In this document: positions 59,887 to 64,000 of the stretch, in pieces
Layout: each line of letters opens with the position of its first letter
How positions within the stretch are numbered: position 1 is the first letter of the stretch
NCBI GenBank assembly: GCA_017480445.1
Contig: JAFVAO010000047.1
Location: 685 to 64,684, forward strand
Direction: 5' to 3'
From: Lachnospiraceae bacterium
GTDB taxonomy: Bacteria; Bacillota; Clostridia; Lachnospirales; Lachnospiraceae
DNA length: 64,000 nt
The notes under the pieces: model-generated
Seen by the model: the letters and a program-made list of their open reading frames with translations, nothing else
Databases searched by the model: none
What the model was told of the DNA's origin: nothing
Position numbers and translations under genes: made by a program

Positions 59887-61017
59887 TTACGGCTGGGCGG
59901 ACGTCTGCAGATACGCCATAAACTTCTCTTTATTTTCCAGCGCACTGGTCGTCGGCCGGCCCAGATCCTCTCTGGCGCCGATGGCACATTTCACCTCGAT
60001 AAAACTCAGCGTCCTGCGCTCCTTCGCCAACGCCAGCTCCCGGTCCAGCGCCTCGAACGAATCCACGCATACAGCATTGCCGTAGCCGCAGGCCAGCGCA
60101 ATCTGCACCAGATCGATCGCTCCGGCCACCGTGGGCATCCCGCCCACCGTCTCGTGCGCCCCATTGTTGATCACCACATGCACCAGATTCTCCGGCTTGT
60201 TCGCGCCGATCACCGCCATGGCGCCCATATGCATCAGCACTGCGCCGTCCCCGTCGATACACCAGATCCGCTGCCCGGGCTTTTGCAGCGCCACGCCCAG
60301 TGCGATGGAACTGCTGTGTCCCATCGATCCCACCGTCAGGAAGTCATACGCATGCCCCTGACCGTTCGCCACACGCGTCTCAAACAGCTCCCTGCTGGCT
60401 TTACCGGTGGTTGAGATCACGGGATCCTCCCCGCTCACCTGCACGATGTGCTGAATGATCTCCTCCCGGCGCATCCGGTACGCATTCTCATACGTCACCT
60501 TCCCCGCATAGTCCAGCGCCCCTTTACGGATCACAAAGGCCACATCCTTCCCCTTGGCGAGCACCGTCCGGAATCCGTCCATGGCCTGTTCCACCGCCTC
60601 ATCCGGCGTGTCCTTGCCGATGACAAAGGACGCAATTCCCATATCCTCCAACAGCTTCACCGTCACCTCGCCCTGATAGACATGCTGCGGCTCGTCGTGG
60701 ATACCGGGTTCGCCGCGCCATCCGACGATAAAGATCATCGGGATCGCATACACCCGGTCATTTAACAGCGAGGCTGCCGGATTGATGATATTGCCCTCAC
60801 CCGAATTCTGCATATAGACCACCGGCACTTTGCCGGTCGCCAAGTGATAGCCCGCCGCCAGCGCCGCACAGTTTCCCTCATTTGCCGCGATGACATGATG
60901 CGCGGGATCAATCCCATACGTCGCCATCAGATAATTGCACAGCGCCTTCAACTGACTGTCCGGCACACCCGTATAAAAATCCGCGCCGAGGATCTCCACC
61001 AGTTTCTCTACCTTCAT
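59887..61017 (-). CDS. aepY: Phosphonopyruvate decarboxylase
   Basis: TGVPDSQL, AANEG, YMQNSG.GN, DEPQH, GSMGH, TPP motif DGDGA..NNG. Confidence 0.93.
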   Translation of the reverse strand: MKVEKLVEILGADFYTGVPDSQLKALCNYLMATYGIDPAHHVIAANEGNCAALAAGYHLATGKVPVVYMQNSGEGNIINPAASLLNDRVYAIPMIFIVGWRGEPGIHDEPQHVYQGEVTVKLLEDMGIASFVIGKDTPDEAVEQAMDGFRTVLAKGKDVAFVIRKGALDYAGKVTYENAYRMRREEIIQHIVQVSGEDPVISTTGKASRELFETRVANGQGHAYDFLTVGSMGHSSSIALGVALQKPGQRIWCIDGDGAVLMHMGAMAVIGANKPENLVHVVINNGAHETVGGMPTVAGAIDLVQIALACGYGNAVCVDSFEALDRELALAKERRTLSFIEVKCAIGAREDLGRPTTSALENKEKFMAYLQTSAQP

Positions 61018-61033
61018 ACCCGTTCCTCTCCTC

Positions 61034-62329
61034 CTACAATTCGTCGATCAGCGTAATGATCTCCTTGATGGGCATCAACCGATCGTCCACCTCTTTGGCG
61101 CGATGATAGCGCAGGATATCCTCCGCCGTCTGTTGCATCGCGGGAAACGCCGATCTCGTCAGCTGATTCGCATAGATCACGATATTCACACCATGCGACG
61201 CCAACTCCTCCTCCGTGATCGTGTTAAAGCTCGACGGCACCACCACGATGGGCGTATGCGCATCCTCCGCCCGGAACCGGTCGCAAAACTCCAGAATCTC
61301 CTCGGGATCCTTCTTGCGGCTGTGAATCATGATGCCGTCCGCGCCGGCCGCCACGAACGCCTTCGCCCGCGTCAGCGCATCCTCCATGCCACGCTCCAAG
61401 ATCAGACTCTCGATCCTGGCGATGATCATAAAATCCTCCGTCAGCTGCGCCTGCTTGCCCGCCGCAATCTTGGCCGCAAACTCCTCGATCCCCGCCTGCG
61501 TCTGCTCCACCTCCGTGCCGAACAGACTGTTTTTCTTCAAACCCTTTTTATCCTCTATAATGACCGCGCTCACGCCCATGCGCTCCAACGTCCGCACATT
61601 ATAGACAAAATGCTCCGCCAGTCCGCCGGTATCGCCGTCTAAGATGATCGGCTTCGTCGTCACCTCCATGATGTCGTCGATCGTGCGCAGGCGGCTGCTC
61701 ATATCCACCAGCTCGATATCCGGCTTTCCCTTCGCCGTGCTGTCACAGAGGCTGGAAACCCACATCGCGTCAAACTGATCCGGTCTGCCGTCATGCTCCA
61801 CCACGGTTTTCTCCGCAATCAGTCCCGTCAGCCCGCTGTGCGCCTCAATCGCCTTCACAATGGGACACATGTCAATCAGCTGTCTCAGTCTCTTTCTGCG
61901 ATACTCCGGCATCGCCAGCTTCTCCTTTAACTGCTGATCAATCTTTTTCACGGTGGGATTGTAGGTATAGCCCACCTCAATGAGCTCTCCGCCATAGGCG
62001 GAAAGCAGCTGCAGCACATTCTGCCGGATCACGGCTTCCGGGCCTTCCCGCCAGTTATCCCCGTGCACGATATAGTCCGGGTGCAGCCGCTCAACAATGG
62101 CATCGTAGAGCATATCCTCCTGCAGCACTACCTCGTCGACTCCCTCCAGCTCGCCGTACATGCGCACGCGCTCCTCCTCGGAGATGATGGGAAACTTGTT
62201 GTACCGGATCAATGCCTTATCGGAAAGCGCCCCGACGATGACCCTGCCGTACTGCTTCGCGTGGGCGATGATGTTCAGATGACCGGCGTGGATCACATCG
62301 GTGCAAAAGCAGGTATACACTGTTTTCAT
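61034..62329 (-). CDS. aepX: Phosphoenolpyruvate mutase with N-terminal cytidylyltransferase domain
   Basis: N-terminal DVIHAGH...VHGDNW; PepM motif EDKKGLKKNS; DGDTGG, IARIES. Confidence 0.95.
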   Translation of the reverse strand: MKTVYTCFCTDVIHAGHLNIIAHAKQYGRVIVGALSDKALIRYNKFPIISEEERVRMYGELEGVDEVVLQEDMLYDAIVERLHPDYIVHGDNWREGPEAVIRQNVLQLLSAYGGELIEVGYTYNPTVKKIDQQLKEKLAMPEYRRKRLRQLIDMCPIVKAIEAHSGLTGLIAEKTVVEHDGRPDQFDAMWVSSLCDSTAKGKPDIELVDMSSRLRTIDDIMEVTTKPIILDGDTGGLAEHFVYNVRTLERMGVSAVIIEDKKGLKKNSLFGTEVEQTQAGIEEFAAKIAAGKQAQLTEDFMIIARIESLILERGMEDALTRAKAFVAAGADGIMIHSRKKDPEEILEFCDRFRAEDAHTPIVVVPSSFNTITEEELASHGVNIVIYANQLTRSAFPAMQQTAEDILRYHRAKEVDDRLMPIKEIITLIDEL

Positions 62330-62360
62330 TTTGCATAATCCTCCTTTATCTCAATGTCTC

Positions 62361-63491
62361 TTACCGATAGCGCACCGGTACCTGCACCCCCGTATGCTCC
62401 AGCGCCTCGCGGAACACGGCGAAGAAATCGCGGATGTCCTGCTCGTCTATGGCGCCGAGGGCACAGAGACGGAAAGTGTTGGTCGTGGAGATCTTGCCGG
62501 GATAGATCGTGAACCCACGCGCATAGCAATAGTCGTGCACCGCCTCGAAATTCCAGTTCGGATCGTCCGGATAGATCGCCGAGACCACCAGCCCGGCCTG
62601 CTCCTCGCGCTTGATCACATCGCGAAAGCCCAGCTCATCCAGGCCCTTGTGGATCGCCTCAAACACGCGGGTATGCCGCTCCCACTTGGCCTGCTCGCCC
62701 TCCTGCCAATACTCTTTGAGCGCCTGTATCGTCGCGTAGATCGTCTGCACCGGCGGCGTAAAATGCATCTCGCCCGTGCGCTCGAAGAAATCATACTGCA
62801 GATACAGATTGCAATAATAGCTCCGCTTGGGATACGCCTTACTCGCCTCGATGATCTGCCTGTTGCCCACGATGAAGCTTAGTCCTGTCATCGCCATCAG
62901 ACCCTTTTGCGCGCTGGCCATGCAAAAATCAATATTGTCCGCCTCGATATCGATGGGCCGCATCGCATAGGTGCTGGTCGTGTCCACCGTAAAAATCGCC
63001 CCGTGGGCATGCGCCAAGGCACCGATCTCCCGGATGGGATTGAGGATGCCCGTGCCCGTCTCATTGTGTGTCGTATGCACCAGTGCGATATCCGGATTGT
63101 CCCGCAGCGTCTGCTCCACCACCACCAGATCCGGTCTCTGATCCACCGGAAAATGCAGATCGATGTGGGGCAGTCCATAATACTGACAGATCTCCACCGC
63201 CCGCGTGCTGTAGGCGCCGTTATTCACCACCAGCACCTTTTTCCCCTCCGGCAGAAGCGAGTTGAGCACGATATCGATGTTGATCGTGCCGGAGCCGCAA
63301 AACAGCACGCTGGTATACTCCTCCGTATCCCCGTGCACAATCTTCACCAGATCCTCCCGCAGCCCCTTCATCAGCCCGCCGAACTCCTTCTCTCTGGGAC
63401 AGATATCCGGCACCACCTGCGCATACTTGACCGTGTCCGTCGTCGTGGACGGTCCCGGATTCAACAAAATATTCCTCTTGATCGCTTCCAT
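62361..63491 (-). CDS. aepZ: 2-aminoethylphosphonate transaminase
   Basis: LLNPGP, NGAYS.R, HNETGTGILNP, SAQK, FTPP, IYPGK; adjacent to pepM. Confidence 0.9.
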   Translation of the reverse strand: MEAIKRNILLNPGPSTTTDTVKYAQVVPDICPREKEFGGLMKGLREDLVKIVHGDTEEYTSVLFCGSGTINIDIVLNSLLPEGKKVLVVNNGAYSTRAVEICQYYGLPHIDLHFPVDQRPDLVVVEQTLRDNPDIALVHTTHNETGTGILNPIREIGALAHAHGAIFTVDTTSTYAMRPIDIEADNIDFCMASAQKGLMAMTGLSFIVGNRQIIEASKAYPKRSYYCNLYLQYDFFERTGEMHFTPPVQTIYATIQALKEYWQEGEQAKWERHTRVFEAIHKGLDELGFRDVIKREEQAGLVVSAIYPDDPNWNFEAVHDYCYARGFTIYPGKISTTNTFRLCALGAIDEQDIRDFFAVFREALEHTGVQVPVRYR

Positions 63492-63505
63492 GGCTATTCC
63501 CTCCG

Positions 63506-64000
63506 TTACACATCGTAGGTCTTGTCGATCGCCTTCAGCTCCCTGAAGGAATCGATCTCCACGATATCCTCATCAAAACACTCCCGTATCTCCACCGCAT
63601 AATGCTCCTTGCGATATACCAGCGGCACCTGCTCCCAATAGCGCTCCTTGCCGCCCGGCGTCTTGTAGACCTCCTCGATGTCCTGGGACAGCTTGTGCCC
63701 GTCCGCATCGTTCCAATAGGAGATTCCCACCATCTGCCAGCAGTCCAGGCCCCCGACCTTCTCCTCCACGATGATCCCGTCCTGCACCGTGAAGCACCAG
63801 TCATCCGTCCGCTCCTTGCGGATCGCCAGGAAGTCGGAGGTGTAATGGTACTTCTTGATGATCCCCGGATTGCTGATCACCAGATCCGCCTCGAATACAT
63901 AGGCATTGGAGAGCATATAGCGCGCCACCAGCGCGCTGGAGATATTGTTGGCTTCGTTGTACAGCGGATTCTCCAGAAACCGGACCATCGGATACTTGTA
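63506..64000 (-). CDS. LicC/PntC-like nucleotidyltransferase, C-terminal part (start outside window)
   Basis: ENPLYNEANNISS, FEADL, VGISYW, YWE, EIDSFREL. Confidence 0.8.
   Translation of the reverse strand, partial: YKYPMVRFLENPLYNEANNISSALVARYMLSNAYVFEADLVISNPGIIKKYHYTSDFLAIRKERTDDWCFTVQDGIIVEEKVGGLDCWQMVGISYWNDADGHKLSQDIEEVYKTPGGKERYWEQVPLVYRKEHYAVEIRECFDEDIVEIDSFRELKAIDKTYDV

Overview
Chromosomal segment (~55% GC, gene-dense, mostly minus strand) that looks like an anaerobic Bacillota, probably Lachnospiraceae. No rRNA, tRNA, CRISPR array, transposase or integrase was recognised. Core content: glnS, a split purH with an archaeal-type IMP cyclohydrolase, guaB, a glnA-ANTAR-dapF-dapL-gatCAB operon with a putative ANTAR attenuator, hslO, hisC, xylB with a fucose-isomerase-fold isomerase, a MoxR/DUF58/transglutaminase triad, cysK-metNIQ-Rrf2, aroA, a carbamate kinase and lspA. 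The right end holds a 2-aminoethylphosphonate biosynthesis cluster (LicC/PntC-like, aepZ, aepX/pepM, aepY/ppd). The best candidate for an undescribed system is an ~11 kb atypical Tad/Flp-like operon (26.7-37.6 kb). Its three pilin-like proteins lack Glu+5, its ATPase and peptidase have altered motifs, it has no TadZ, and it includes a 1372-aa secreted InlB-repeat/glycine-rich/Cys-His protein and a coupled GT2 glycosyltransferase. Other notable items are a ~240-bp nested-palindrome element between 11-bp direct repeats, a protein with ~8 SHOCT-like repeats and a long hairpin leader before aroA. All family calls are from motif recognition by eye, not database searches.
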